Shown piece by piece: positions 46,852-57,334 of a DNA stretch of 64,000 nt. Origin of the DNA: Deltaproteobacteria bacterium (lineage in GTDB: Bacteria; Myxococcota_A; Polyangia; Polyangiales; Houyiibacteriaceae); the NCBI GenBank assembly GCA_034670305.1, contig JAXMNT010000021.1, positions 32,001 to 96,000 of the forward strand, read 5' to 3'. The position numbers and the translations under genes are program-made. Within the stretch, counting starts at the first letter, position 1; each line of letters opens with the position of its first letter. Below the pieces are notes generated by a model. The model was given only the letters and a program-made list of their open reading frames with translations. It ran no database searches and was not told the origin of the DNA.

Positions 46852-48240
46852 TCAGTCGAGGGGGTCGGGCACCGGCAGCGGTGTCGTGCTGGCGCTCAGG
46901 CCGCTTCCCAGCTGACCCCGCCGCCCGTCGCCGAAGCAGAGAATGCCGCCGGCTGCGGTGAGCACACAGGTGTGGCTCCGGCCGGCGGAGACCTGCACGA
47001 TGCGGGCGAGCTCCGGCACATTCGTCGGTCGCGCGCCGCCGGACCCTTCGTGCCCGAGCTGTCCGTCTTCGTTCGAACCCCAGCACCGGACGGTGTTGTC
47101 CATCATCACCGCGCAGGTGTGGTCGAGGCCCGCCGACACCTGCTGCGCAGGCGACGAGTTGGCGATCGGCCCGAGCGTGTTGGCCGTCCCAGGGCTGCGG
47201 CCGGACTGCCCGCTGAGGCTCGAACCCCAGCAGCGCACGGCGTCGTCCGCGAGGCCGATCGCGCAGGTGTGATCGAACGCGGTCGAGAGGCCGCGAAACC
47301 CGCCCCGCGCGAGACCCACCGAGACGAAGTCTGGGGACGGCTCGCCTTCCCCGTTCGCCAGCTGCCCGTGGTTGCGGGCGCCGACGCAGAAGATGCCGCC
47401 CGTGCGCTCGAGGACACACGAGTGGGAGCCGCCCGCGCCGACTTCGGCGACCGGGTCCTCGAAGTCACCGACCTCGGGCGGGCTCGAACGCGAGACGCCG
47501 CCGATGCCGAGCTGACTCTGCCCGTTGGCGCCCCAGGCTTCGTAGTTCTCGCCCCGCACCGCGAGGGTGTGCTGGCCGCCCGCGGAGAGCTGGCCGGCGG
47601 TGCCGCTGAGGAAGACCTCGGTCGGCGGCAAGGTCGGGTCCATGCCTTCCGCGATCTGGTTGATGTCGTTGGCCCCCCAGCAGAAGACGCGGCCTTCGGC
47701 GGACCGAGCACACGTGTGGCGATCGCCCGCTTCGACCTGAGCGACGGGGCCTGGGAGCACCACCCGCCGGGGTTCGGGGGAGAGGTCACCAGCGGGCGCC
47801 GCGAGTTGCCCGGCTTCGTTGTCTCCCCAGCACACGACCGAGCCGACCGTGGTCCACGCGCAGGTGTGGGCGCCGCCCGCGGTCACACCGACGTAGTGAA
47901 GCTGGCACCCGTCGGGGGCGCACCGCTCCCCCGGATCGCATTCGCACGCGTCCACGGTGGCGCCGTCCATGGTCGCGGCTGCGTCGTCCGCCGCATCGCG
48001 CAGCGTCGCGTCTACCACCACTGGGCCATCCACCCGAACCAGTGCATCGAAGGACGCGTCGATCGACGCGTCGAAATCGCCGCCGTCGATCCGGACCACG
48101 CCTCCGTCCACTTCGTCGGGCGCTGGGTAGAGGTCGAGGGTGAGTCCACACCCGCTGCTGACCACGCCCAAGAGCAGGATCTGCAAACAGAGGTGTCGCG
48201 TCGCCGAGGCGCGAGGTGTCGACGAACCTCGTGGGGTCAC
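46852..48240 (-). CDS. RCC1-repeat lipoprotein
   Basis: Lipobox SSGC; repeated AGxxHTCA...CWGxNxxGQL motifs. Confidence 0.88.
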   Translation of the reverse strand: MTPRGSSTPRASATRHLCLQILLLGVVSSGCGLTLDLYPAPDEVDGGVVRIDGGDFDASIDASFDALVRVDGPVVVDATLRDAADDAAATMDGATVDACECDPGERCAPDGCQLHYVGVTAGGAHTCAWTTVGSVVCWGDNEAGQLAAPAGDLSPEPRRVVLPGPVAQVEAGDRHTCARSAEGRVFCWGANDINQIAEGMDPTLPPTEVFLSGTAGQLSAGGQHTLAVRGENYEAWGANGQSQLGIGGVSRSSPPEVGDFEDPVAEVGAGGSHSCVLERTGGIFCVGARNHGQLANGEGEPSPDFVSVGLARGGFRGLSTAFDHTCAIGLADDAVRCWGSSLSGQSGRSPGTANTLGPIANSSPAQQVSAGLDHTCAVMMDNTVRCWGSNEDGQLGHEGSGGARPTNVPELARIVQVSAGRSHTCVLTAAGGILCFGDGRRGQLGSGLSASTTPLPVPDPLD

Positions 48241-48259
48241 GCCCTCAGTATGGCGCGTT

Positions 48260-48889
48260 TCACTTTTTTCCGGCAACTCCGTCCTTGTCGGAGGCGACCC
48301 CACACCGCGCCTTCCAGCCTCCGCCGCGCTGCCGCTCGCGGTGTTCGGGGCGAATCTCCGAGCGCGCATCGGGCGTGAGCAGCTCGCAGGGATCAAACCA
48401 ATGCACCGTCCTGGCCTCGCCCAGCAACGCCGGGAGTGGCGCGGGATGGAACTCTTCGTTGTCGGGGCACCGGCGGTGCCAGAGCGCATCGGCTTCGATG
48501 GGCACGGACCCTTCGAACCAGAGCACTTCTTTGACGCCGCCATTGCAGTTCGTCGCGACGACCAACCAACCCGCTGGCTCGGAGAGCTTGAACACGACGT
48601 CGTGGTGGAACTCGCCCTGGGTCCAGTGCGCCACGAGCTCGGGGGTGCATTCCACCGACAGCGCGCTCAAGACTTCGCCGAGCGTGAGGTGGGTGGCCAG
48701 CTGCTCCACCCATTGTTGTCCGAGGGGGATGGGCGCATCCCCCTCCGGCCTGCGGGGCACAGCCCCTCCGGCCTCCTCCCCAACTTCGCTTCGCACAAAG
48801 TGCTGCGCACTTTGACGGTCTTCGGCGCTTGACAGCGCTCTCGACCGCTGCGTTGTGTCCATGCCTGGCAACATGCGTCGGCGCCCCAA
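48260..48889 (-). CDS. Hypothetical protein (start uncertain, possibly GTG at 48709)
   Basis: Conserved-looking core HWTQGEFHHD...VVATNCNGGVKEVL...WHRRCP...HWFDPCELL. Confidence 0.55.
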   Translation of the reverse strand: MGRRRMLPGMDTTQRSRALSSAEDRQSAQHFVRSEVGEEAGGAVPRRPEGDAPIPLGQQWVEQLATHLTLGEVLSALSVECTPELVAHWTQGEFHHDVVFKLSEPAGWLVVATNCNGGVKEVLWFEGSVPIEADALWHRRCPDNEEFHPAPLPALLGEARTVHWFDPCELLTPDARSEIRPEHRERQRGGGWKARCGVASDKDGVAGKK

Positions 48890-49026
48890 GATGTCTATCG
48901 AGACCTGTGATTTCGCCGAGGGGCCTCAACCAAGATTGTGGGTTCGGTGCCTTCCTGGGTGTACGTCCTCTGTGTGGTGGCGCCGCGATCGAGACAAAGG
49001 AGACACAGCGTTCTATTCTTCCGCCC

Positions 49027-50826
49027 ATGAAATCGGCGTGGGTTGGGGTGGGTGCGATCGCAGCAATGCTGCTGGTGCTCGGGTGTGGGGACGACGACTC
49101 GATGGGAGGCGGGGACGCGGGCAGCGACGCCGGCGGGGGCTGCGCGATCGCGTGCGACGACGGGCTGTTCTGCAACGGCACCGAGCGCTGCGACCCCGGG
49201 TCGACCGAAGCGGACGAGAACGGCTGCGTTGCCGCCGCCGCGCCCTGCGGTGCCGGGTGCGATGAGGCCACCGACATGTGCATGGGCGGCTGCGACGCCG
49301 ACGGCGACGGCGCGGAGTCGTTTGGGTGCGGCGGCACGGACTGCGACGACGCGGACCCCGACCGGTTCCCGGGCAACGCCGAGGTGTGCGACGCCGAAGG
49401 ACACGACGAGGACTGCGACGACTCGACGCTCGGCGGCACCGACGGCGACAGCGATGGTGTGGTGTCGGACATGTGTTGCAACGGAGCGACCTGCGGCACC
49501 GACTGCGACGACGGGGACGCGGCGACGAGCCCCGGGGCGGCCGAGGTCTGCGACGAGATCGACAACGACTGCGACGGAAGCGTGGACGAAGAGGCGAGCT
49601 CCACCGACTGGTACCCCGACGTCGACGGCGACCTCTTTGGCGATGCGTCGGGTGAACCGGTGCTCTCTTGCGCCGTCGTTCCCGGACACGCGAGCAACGG
49701 CTCCGACTGCGACGACGCCGAAGCGGGCACCCATCCCGGCGCGACCGAAATCGACGACGGCGTCGACCAAGACTGCGACGGCGCGGTCGACGAAGGGCTC
49801 GCGACCTGTACGGCGGCGGGACGCAGCACGTTCATCTTGCCAGACCCGGACAGCAGCGTGATGGTCAACGGGGAGACCCGACCGACCAGCGGCTTCGGAG
49901 AGTGCGACGAGGACCTGCTCGGCGACGAAGAACACGCGTTCTTGATCCCGGACGGAGACCGGCGGACGCTGCGCTTCGAGCTGCTCTCGCCGCCCGAGGG
50001 CGCCGAGGTCAGCCTGGTGAAGAACTGCGGCCTCGTGGAGTGCGGCGGTGGACCCGACTTCTACCGATCGCTCGGGCCGGGCCGCTTCGATGCGGTCGTC
50101 GACATCCCGGGCGCCGAAGCCGTGCACACCCTGCGCGTGACCAGCGTGCGCCGCCCGGTTGGGCTCTCGATGTTCTCGCGCGGCATTCCGGAGACCCACA
50201 CGAGCACGGTCAACACCGCGACCGAGGACTTCATGGCCGACATCGACTGTGCGCCTGGTGGCGAGCCCCATCCGCTCGGGGGCATCGGCTTGCTCACCGG
50301 ACCCACCAGTCCTCCGACGGGCATTGCAGCGCACTGCCGTCCGATGGTGCTCAACACCCTCGAGGCGGAGCGCGACACGTGGCGGATCCTCACGGACGCC
50401 GATCGACGGCAGCCGGTCCCGGGCCGGATGGAGCTCTACGTGCGCGTCACCTCCAGAGGCACGCCTGGCACGGTCGCCGGTGACGGGGTCGATGGTTTCT
50501 GCGCGGCGGGCAACTACATGTCCGGCCTCGCCATATACGCGCGGCCGCTCGGGCCACGGGGCGCGGCCCAGATCGTCGGCTTGGCGCCGATGTGCTCGAA
50601 CGTGACCTTCAGCGGGGCCCACGCCGGTCCGTTCCGCGCCCAACGTGGGCGCACCGAGACGGAGGGTCTCGTGCTCGGGACCGCCGACGAAGCCAACCGA
50701 ACCGAGCTCTCCTGTGGCAGCGGCTTCGTGACTCGATTCGCCGCCGGGTTCCAGACCGTCGACGGGCCCATCAGCGAAGTCTCCATCGGGTGTGTCGATG
50801 TCGAGGTCGTGCTCGAGGCGCTCTGA
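49027..50826 (+). CDS. Lipoprotein with MopE-like putative metal-binding repeats
   Basis: Lipobox VLGC; DCDD...PG(N/A)AEVCD..DNDCDG repeats; CDDGLFCNGTERC; TATTCT 7 nt upstream. Confidence 0.85.
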   Translation: MKSAWVGVGAIAAMLLVLGCGDDDSMGGGDAGSDAGGGCAIACDDGLFCNGTERCDPGSTEADENGCVAAAAPCGAGCDEATDMCMGGCDADGDGAESFGCGGTDCDDADPDRFPGNAEVCDAEGHDEDCDDSTLGGTDGDSDGVVSDMCCNGATCGTDCDDGDAATSPGAAEVCDEIDNDCDGSVDEEASSTDWYPDVDGDLFGDASGEPVLSCAVVPGHASNGSDCDDAEAGTHPGATEIDDGVDQDCDGAVDEGLATCTAAGRSTFILPDPDSSVMVNGETRPTSGFGECDEDLLGDEEHAFLIPDGDRRTLRFELLSPPEGAEVSLVKNCGLVECGGGPDFYRSLGPGRFDAVVDIPGAEAVHTLRVTSVRRPVGLSMFSRGIPETHTSTVNTATEDFMADIDCAPGGEPHPLGGIGLLTGPTSPPTGIAAHCRPMVLNTLEAERDTWRILTDADRRQPVPGRMELYVRVTSRGTPGTVAGDGVDGFCAAGNYMSGLAIYARPLGPRGAAQIVGLAPMCSNVTFSGAHAGPFRAQRGRTETEGLVLGTADEANRTELSCGSGFVTRFAAGFQTVDGPISEVSIGCVDVEVVLEAL

Positions 50827-50850
50827 GCGAAGGGCGCGGGCAGACGCCGA

Positions 50851-51354
50851 TCAGCGCGCCTGCGCGGCGGCGGCTTCTTCGAGTTGGCGCTGCACGCTTC
50901 GCGGCACGCTCTCGCGCAGGTGGATCTTCCAGCCCCGATCGGTGCGGTGCAGCACCACGGGGCGCGTCGGGCCCGCGTCGTCGGAGGCGATGGTGTGCGC
51001 CACGCGTTCGTCGCCCGAGATCACGAGATCGTCTTTCACTGGCGCGAGGCTGCCGAACACATAGCCGACCAGTCCTTCGTCCTGTGCGCCTCCGTAGTCG
51101 ACGAAACACTCGTCGCGCGTGGCCGGGTCGTTCAGGTGGAAGGTGCGGCCGATCTCCATGCGCCGGAGGATCTCCTTTTGGGGCAAGTCCGCGACGCCGT
51201 AACAATCCAGGAACGTGAAGAGGGTCGCGCGCGGGTTGTGGAAACGCAGGTCGTCGATCGGCGCGTCGGCATGCGGCATCCACACGAACGCCGCGACCGC
51301 CAAGACGCTCAAGCCACCCGCGAGGCCGAGCAAGGAAGTCAGACGGCGGTTCAT
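50851..51354 (-). CDS. Hypothetical membrane-anchored protein
   Basis: N-terminal TM LLGLAGGLSVLAVAAFVW; start overlaps the upstream stop (ATGA). Confidence 0.65.
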   Translation of the reverse strand: MNRRLTSLLGLAGGLSVLAVAAFVWMPHADAPIDDLRFHNPRATLFTFLDCYGVADLPQKEILRRMEIGRTFHLNDPATRDECFVDYGGAQDEGLVGYVFGSLAPVKDDLVISGDERVAHTIASDDAGPTRPVVLHRTDRGWKIHLRESVPRSVQRQLEEAAAAQAR

Positions 51355-52223
51355 CGAGGTCGGGTGGTGGAGAGGGTGCCGCGCACGAAGCGCTCGAGCG
51401 TTGGCGCCAGGGCGGTCACCGTGCGGTTGGGGCTCATGGGGTTGAACCACTCGAAGGGCTGTCGCCACCGCGACGGCGTGAGCCATTCGAAGCCCCCGTC
51501 GCACTCCACCAGGATCGCGTCCGCGCCGTACTCGGCGTGCAGGGTGTCGAGCTCCATGCCGTACGCGAACGCGCCGGGCACCCAGCGGGCGGACTGCGTG
51601 GCGCCGTAGTCGGTCGCGGAAGCGATCGTCTCGGCGATTCGCTTCTGGGATCCTCCGTCTTCGGGGGCCGCCCAGATCCCGCCGTAGGGGTAGAGCACTT
51701 TGCGCCCGAAGCTGTGCATGCTCAGGGCGCGCTGCAGCCCGTGTCCCTGCGCCTTCCACGCATCGAGCCCACGGCAGACCGCGTCGACTTCCGGTTCGGA
51801 ACGCGGGCGGCTGCCGCCGTGTCCCAACCGCGGAAGGAACTTCGCGCGCCAGTGGGCGCCCCGCCAATGCGTCGGCCAGTTGCGGTTCAGATCCACGCCG
51901 CGGGCGTTGGTGCGGTCGAAGCTGCGCTTTCCGGCGGCGCGCCCGCGCTCCACCCGCCGGTAGCCGTCCGGGTTCACGAGCGGATGTACCCGGACCACGC
52001 AGTCCTTCGGAGGATCCTCGACGAGCCGTTGCAGCAGTGCGAGCGCCACCTCGACGCCGATCCACTCCATCGCGTGAATGCCGCCGAGCACCACCGCGCG
52101 ACCTGCCCCTTGGCCGACATCCACGGCGAGCAAGGGTTCGCCTTCCAGGCTCTCCCCCACCGGCCGGGCCCCGAGCCCCTGCAACTTCGCCTTGAGCGCT
52201 TCGTACGAATGGTATCGCGCCAT
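51351..52223 (-). CDS. M14-family zinc carboxypeptidase
   Basis: GIHAMEW (HxxE), PLVNPDG, RTNARGVDLNRNW, SEPE, SMHSFG. Confidence 0.9.
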   Translation of the reverse strand: MARYHSYEALKAKLQGLGARPVGESLEGEPLLAVDVGQGAGRAVVLGGIHAMEWIGVEVALALLQRLVEDPPKDCVVRVHPLVNPDGYRRVERGRAAGKRSFDRTNARGVDLNRNWPTHWRGAHWRAKFLPRLGHGGSRPRSEPEVDAVCRGLDAWKAQGHGLQRALSMHSFGRKVLYPYGGIWAAPEDGGSQKRIAETIASATDYGATQSARWVPGAFAYGMELDTLHAEYGADAILVECDGGFEWLTPSRWRQPFEWFNPMSPNRTVTALAPTLERFVRGTLSTTRPR

Positions 52224-52385
52224 CGGCGGAGTCTAGACCGAGCCCGCGCCACCACTCGACGGTTTCCGCTGAGTCGCCGGGCAGCCAGGTTCTCAGGGGA
52301 ACTTTGATGCGGTTCTTCCGAGCGCGTGTTCGATCGCACTGTGTGTAAGCCCCGGTGCGAGAATCTCGGATAGGCTGCGGCCGAT

Positions 52386-55202
52386 ATGCCGACGCTTCGT
52401 TCTCTTCTTTGTGTGTGTCTCGTGGGTTCGCTTGCATGTGGAGACGACGACACGTCCCCGCCGGTGGACGCTGGCCCCGGCGAAGACGTCGTGGTGGAAG
52501 AGGATGGAGGCCGTCCCGGTCTGTGCATGCCTCAAGGCATCCGCTGGAACGCGTCTCGGGTCGACACCATCGTCGGCACGACCCGGTTCGTCCGCCTCTC
52601 GCTCATCCGGGATCTCTGCGACGACGCGGTGCTGAGTGTGTCGGCGTCGGTCGATGGCATCGTGACCGTGGTCGACACCGTGACGATCCCCGCTGGCGAG
52701 AGCCGCGCGGAGCTCGACGTCACCGGCGCGATGGTCGGCGACACGGTGCTGACCGCGACGTTCGTCGACCTGCCCGGAACGCCAGACGAGACTGTTTTCA
52801 CCGACGACATCGACGTGACCGTCTTCGAAGAGACGGTGCCCGCCTGCGAAGGCGCCGAAGCGACCGGCATGCTGACCTACGACGGCGAGCTCCGCTTCAA
52901 CAGCACCGTTGTCGGCCTCTCGCTTCCGGAAGGTGCGCAGCGCGACGACGAGTACCACGTCGATGAATTCATGGCGTCGGTCGGCTGTGCGCCGGACCAG
53001 GTGCCCGATGGTTTCTCTGCGCTCGGCCCAGCCATCGCGTTCGGACCGGCGCACAGCCGCTTCTCACGCGAACTGCCGCTGACCATTCCGGTCAACGTGG
53101 GCCTGTTGCCCGAGAACGTGTACCGCGGGCAGGTCCGCATGAGCTACACGGGCCCCGGCGTCAGCGAGCCGCGCCTCGTGCCGGTCGCGTCGCCGGACTT
53201 CGAGACCAACCCCGGCTTCGTCACGTTCTTCGCGCCGCGCCTCGGCACCTACCAGGCCGTGGTCGCGCCGCCGGTCACGCGCGAACGCGAGTTCAGCTAC
53301 CGCGGCATCATGGGCGTCTCCATGGGCTCTGGCGGCGCCGGCCTGATCGGTGCGCACAACGTCGACCGATTCGACTTCATCGGTCCCCTCGGCGGCCCCG
53401 TCGATTGGATCAGCCTCATGCACTACATCCGCACCTACCACCTCGGCGGCTTCTGCACCGAAGCGGAGTACGTGGCGGACATGATGTTGGATGAGGAAGA
53501 TCGAGTCTGTGGAGAGGCGCGCGTCGATCGCACCCCACCGACCGACCAACTCTTCGAGGTTCAGCAGGACTTCGAGCATTGGTTCTACGAGGACGAGCAA
53601 CGCGGCCATGGGGGCACCTTCGACCGGGACGAGTACATCCGGATCTTCCGCGACCTCGCGATGATGTTCGGCAACCCGAACACGACCGCCGTCTCCGATC
53701 CCACCGGCCCCAACGTCTTGCCGCCGGGCATCCCCGACAGCGACCGGATGCGCGAAGACGCCGACCGCTGCGCGAACCCGGTCGTCATCGAGTCCGGCTA
53801 CTTCGACGACGAGTACAACCCCGAGGGCACCCACCCGGTCATCACGTTCTGCGACGGCGGCGAGCTCCGCGACGAGACCGGCGACCGCGACATCGGCGTG
53901 TGGGCACCGGAAGGCAACACGCGCCCGATCGAGGTCGCGCTGGCCGTCGACCGCAACAACAACGGCATCCGCGACCGCGGCGAGCCGGTCATCCGCGCCG
54001 GCCGCGAGGACTTCGAAGACTGCGGCCTCGACCAGCTCTGCAACCCGGACGAAGCCGGCTTCGACGCGGTGACGAACCCGGACCCGGCCGGCGACGACTA
54101 CGACTTCCAGTACAACCCCAACGGCACCGAGGGCAACTGGATGCGCGACTTCACCGGCCCACCGGTGGGCGAGTGTGCGAGCCCGAACCCGAGCCCCGCG
54201 CCCGGCGTCGGCGAGCGCTTCACGGACAACGGCCTCGACGGCGTGCCCGGCACCGACCAGCTCGACGCCGGCGGCTACGACAGCGGCGAGGGCGACGGCT
54301 GCTGGACGCTCTCCCGCGGCCTGGCGCACATGTTCGCCAACAACCCGCGCGGCTTCGTGCTCGAGGCGGAGCCGGAGGTCCTTCAGAACGTCGACTTCTT
54401 CAGCGACGGTGGCATCCGAGACCTCTTCAACTTCGCGACCAACCAGAACCACCTCGCGGGTGCGTTCTCGGCCCGCGGTCTGCCGCTCAACCTCTACAAC
54501 TCGCACGCCGCGCTTCGGTACGACGGGCAGTTCGAGGACGCGGACTTCTCGTACACCGGCATCGACTGGCGCGAGACCGGCAAGTTCGTCCAGATCCGCT
54601 ACGGCAACGTGGACGCGGCCGAAGGCCGGGTCATCCAGGGCGACGGACAGCACGTCGGCACGCCGACCCAGATCATCAACCGTTTGCTCAGCGTGCTCGG
54701 CTGGATGAGTCAGCGCTGGCCCGGCGGCGACCGACGCTACGTGCAGGACCGCATCTGTTCGGAGCCGAGCGAGGTCTGCCCGCAGCCGAACCAGTTCGCG
54801 TTCGAGTTCACCGCGCCGTCCACCGGCCGCACCGGCCCCGTCGCGGTCGTGCTTCCGCCCGGCTACAACCGCCCCGAGTACGCGGACGTCGACTACCCGG
54901 TCGTCTACCTGCTGCACGGGTACGGACAGGATCCCGAAGACCTCGTGTCCATCGGCATCGTCATCTGGAACTTCATGATCTCGCGCACCATCGCCGAAGC
55001 AGAACGGCTCCAGAAGATGATCTTCGTCTTCCCGGATGGCCGCTGCCGCAACGGCGAATGCGTGAAGGGCACGTTCTACACGGACGCGCCGGAAGGCACG
55101 CCGGACGGCGCGCAGATGGAGACCTTCATGTTGGATCTGATGGACCACATGGACGCCAACTACCGCACCCGAGACTCGGAGACGCATACCGTCATCGAGT
55201 AG
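52386..55202 (+). CDS. Large lipoprotein with an alpha/beta-hydrolase (esterase) domain in permuted order
   Basis: Lipobox SLAC; GVSMG at ~aa 310-314; C-terminal LPPGY...YPVVYLLHGYG...FVFPDG...ETFM..LM..MDANYRT. Confidence 0.8.
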   Translation: MPTLRSLLCVCLVGSLACGDDDTSPPVDAGPGEDVVVEEDGGRPGLCMPQGIRWNASRVDTIVGTTRFVRLSLIRDLCDDAVLSVSASVDGIVTVVDTVTIPAGESRAELDVTGAMVGDTVLTATFVDLPGTPDETVFTDDIDVTVFEETVPACEGAEATGMLTYDGELRFNSTVVGLSLPEGAQRDDEYHVDEFMASVGCAPDQVPDGFSALGPAIAFGPAHSRFSRELPLTIPVNVGLLPENVYRGQVRMSYTGPGVSEPRLVPVASPDFETNPGFVTFFAPRLGTYQAVVAPPVTREREFSYRGIMGVSMGSGGAGLIGAHNVDRFDFIGPLGGPVDWISLMHYIRTYHLGGFCTEAEYVADMMLDEEDRVCGEARVDRTPPTDQLFEVQQDFEHWFYEDEQRGHGGTFDRDEYIRIFRDLAMMFGNPNTTAVSDPTGPNVLPPGIPDSDRMREDADRCANPVVIESGYFDDEYNPEGTHPVITFCDGGELRDETGDRDIGVWAPEGNTRPIEVALAVDRNNNGIRDRGEPVIRAGREDFEDCGLDQLCNPDEAGFDAVTNPDPAGDDYDFQYNPNGTEGNWMRDFTGPPVGECASPNPSPAPGVGERFTDNGLDGVPGTDQLDAGGYDSGEGDGCWTLSRGLAHMFANNPRGFVLEAEPEVLQNVDFFSDGGIRDLFNFATNQNHLAGAFSARGLPLNLYNSHAALRYDGQFEDADFSYTGIDWRETGKFVQIRYGNVDAAEGRVIQGDGQHVGTPTQIINRLLSVLGWMSQRWPGGDRRYVQDRICSEPSEVCPQPNQFAFEFTAPSTGRTGPVAVVLPPGYNRPEYADVDYPVVYLLHGYGQDPEDLVSIGIVIWNFMISRTIAEAERLQKMIFVFPDGRCRNGECVKGTFYTDAPEGTPDGAQMETFMLDLMDHMDANYRTRDSETHTVIE

Positions 55203-55225
55203 TGTTCGAAGAAGTGGAACCAACG

Positions 55226-55262
55226 ACGCCCATCAAGCGCTGCTTGGTGGGCGTTTTGTTTT
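55226..55262 (+). terminator. Rho-independent terminator
   Basis: ACGCCCATCAAGC-GCT-GCTTGGTGGGCGT stem followed by TTTGTTTT, 23 nt after the stop. Confidence 0.8.
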
Positions 55263-55278
55263 CTCGCTGCTCAGGCAA

Positions 55279-57201
55279 TCAGTCGCGCATCCAGGAGACG
55301 GCGAGCATCGCGGGGCCGGCGACGGTGGCGAGCGCGATCCAGAGCTGCGCGTGGTCCGGGAACGCGAGCACGAGCAGCGCGCCCGCGAAGAGGCCGGGCG
55401 CGGCGACGTAGAAACGCCGGTCCGCCAGCAAGCCCGCGAGCACACATCCGCTGGCAAAGAAGAACAGCTCGATCGCGGTGCTGCGCAGATCCCACAGCCC
55501 CATCGCCAAGCTGATCATGCGCAGCAACACCCCGAGCAGCGTCAGGTAGACCAGGGTGAGCAACATGCGGCGTCCGCGGCGGTTGCTCGCGGTTCGGCGG
55601 CGCGTGATCCAGCCACCGACGGCGAAGAACCCCGCCAGCAGCACGTCGTAGATGAGCGTGTGCCACCACTGGTACTCGAGCATGCCGGCGCGCCGCAGTC
55701 CGTAGGCGACGAGGATCGGCAGCGCGACCACGAGTGTGCCGACGAAGAGCAGCCGCCCGCGGGTCTGACCGCCCGGGTCGTCGCTCTCCTCGTGGCCGAG
55801 GCGCTCGAGGCGCGCCGCTTCTTCGCGCTGCCGCTGCGCTTCTTGTCGGAGAGGCTCCGTGCGTTCGTCGTCGCCGACCTCTTCCAGCAACGTCTCGGCC
55901 GACGCCGCTTCGCCCCGCACCAGGTGGTAGTGCGCCATCACGAGCAACGCGGACTGCTGGCCTTCCACGGCGGACTCGTTGCCCGGCCACTGGTGGATCG
56001 CTTCGAGAAACCCGAACCGGCACCGCCCGAATGTGCGCTGCACGGTGGCGTTGCGATCGTCGCTGCGGGATGGGATGCGGGGCCCCGGTTTGGTGGGTTC
56101 GTCTTCGACCGCGTCGACGAGTGCCCGCAGGTCCTTCAACTCATCGTGTGCCTGTCGGGCGAGGCGTGCGCTGTTGCGGTGTTCCAGAAACCCGGCGATG
56201 GCGTCTCGCAGTGCTTCGACCGTCTCGTGCCGGTTCTCTGGATCGGGCTGCATCGCCTTCTTGCAGATCGCGGCCAGTTCGCTGGGCAGGTCGTCCGGCA
56301 ACTCCGGCGGTTGCGCGTCGTACGCGGCGTAGAGCATCGCTTGCAGGCTCTCGCCGGTGTGGGGCGGCCGGCCGACGAGCAGCTCGTAGAGGGTGGCGCC
56401 GAGCAGGTACACGTCGGTTCGCGGGCCGAGCGCGCGCCGCGCGACGTCGACCATCTCGGGCGCGAGGTACGCCGGTGTGCCGAGCACCTCGCTGACCTCG
56501 TCGGCCATGGGGAGCCAGCCGCGGTACTTCTCGTTCGTGCAGACGGCGACGCCCCAGTCGACCAGGACCACCTCCCGAAACGGACCGATCATCACGTTGT
56601 CGGGCTTCAGATCGAGGTGCAGCACCCCGCGTGCGTGGCCGTAGTGCACCGCGTCGCACACCCGCATCAGGACCCGCAGATGCCAGCCGAGGCGATCGTC
56701 GCCGGAGCTGCGCGCGAGGGGATGATCCGGGTCGTGCATCACCCGCCTCCAGGGCACGCCTTCGATGCGTTTCATGACCAGGACCGGCGCGTTGCGTTCG
56801 TCGGTCTCGAGCCCGTAGAGCGGTACGACGTTCGGATGTTCGACCAGGCCGAGCATCCGAGCCTCCCGCAGCAGCCGCTGTCCGAACGACTCTTCGAGGA
56901 ACTCGTCCCGCAACGTCTTGAGCGCGACGTCGCGGCGCAGCCCGCCCTGCTCGGCGAGCTGAATGGTGCCCATGCCGCCTTCGGCGAGCGGCCCCTTGAT
57001 CCGCAACCGGCTGCTGCTGCGGTCCTCTTCCGCGGGCGGCGCGAGGGAACGCCGCGGGGGCGGCGGTACGCTGTGGCCTTCGCCCCGGACCTTGGGCGCG
57101 AGCGTTGGCTCCAGCGTGGCGTCGAGTGCCAGACCGTCCGGGACCGCGTCCATGTCGAGCAGCTCCATCAGCTGCTCGAGCGTCATCCTGCCGGTCGCCA
57201 T
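55279..57201 (-). CDS. Ser/Thr protein kinase (HLD/DWG variant) with a C-terminal multi-TM domain
   Basis: LAEGGMGTI, VALK, HLDLKPDN, DWG, GTPAYLAPE; about six hydrophobic helices at the C-terminus. Confidence 0.9.
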   Translation of the reverse strand: MATGRMTLEQLMELLDMDAVPDGLALDATLEPTLAPKVRGEGHSVPPPPRRSLAPPAEEDRSSSRLRIKGPLAEGGMGTIQLAEQGGLRRDVALKTLRDEFLEESFGQRLLREARMLGLVEHPNVVPLYGLETDERNAPVLVMKRIEGVPWRRVMHDPDHPLARSSGDDRLGWHLRVLMRVCDAVHYGHARGVLHLDLKPDNVMIGPFREVVLVDWGVAVCTNEKYRGWLPMADEVSEVLGTPAYLAPEMVDVARRALGPRTDVYLLGATLYELLVGRPPHTGESLQAMLYAAYDAQPPELPDDLPSELAAICKKAMQPDPENRHETVEALRDAIAGFLEHRNSARLARQAHDELKDLRALVDAVEDEPTKPGPRIPSRSDDRNATVQRTFGRCRFGFLEAIHQWPGNESAVEGQQSALLVMAHYHLVRGEAASAETLLEEVGDDERTEPLRQEAQRQREEAARLERLGHEESDDPGGQTRGRLLFVGTLVVALPILVAYGLRRAGMLEYQWWHTLIYDVLLAGFFAVGGWITRRRTASNRRGRRMLLTLVYLTLLGVLLRMISLAMGLWDLRSTAIELFFFASGCVLAGLLADRRFYVAAPGLFAGALLVLAFPDHAQLWIALATVAGPAMLAVSWMRD

Positions 57202-57334
57202 GAATCGCCGCGATGCTACCAGCATGTGCGGTCGGGGCCAGGCGCCTCGAAGGTGCACGGACCCGAGGGTCCGCCGACCGGTCCGGTCTGGACCGAAGCC
57301 GTGTCGCGGGGAAGAACGCTGCTACACTCGTGGG

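Noticed and set aside
55279-57201. Pseudokinase call based on HLD and DWG
   Set aside because: Catalytic Asp, Lys, Asn, the VALK lysine and APE are retained; DWG and non-RD variants are compatible with activity.
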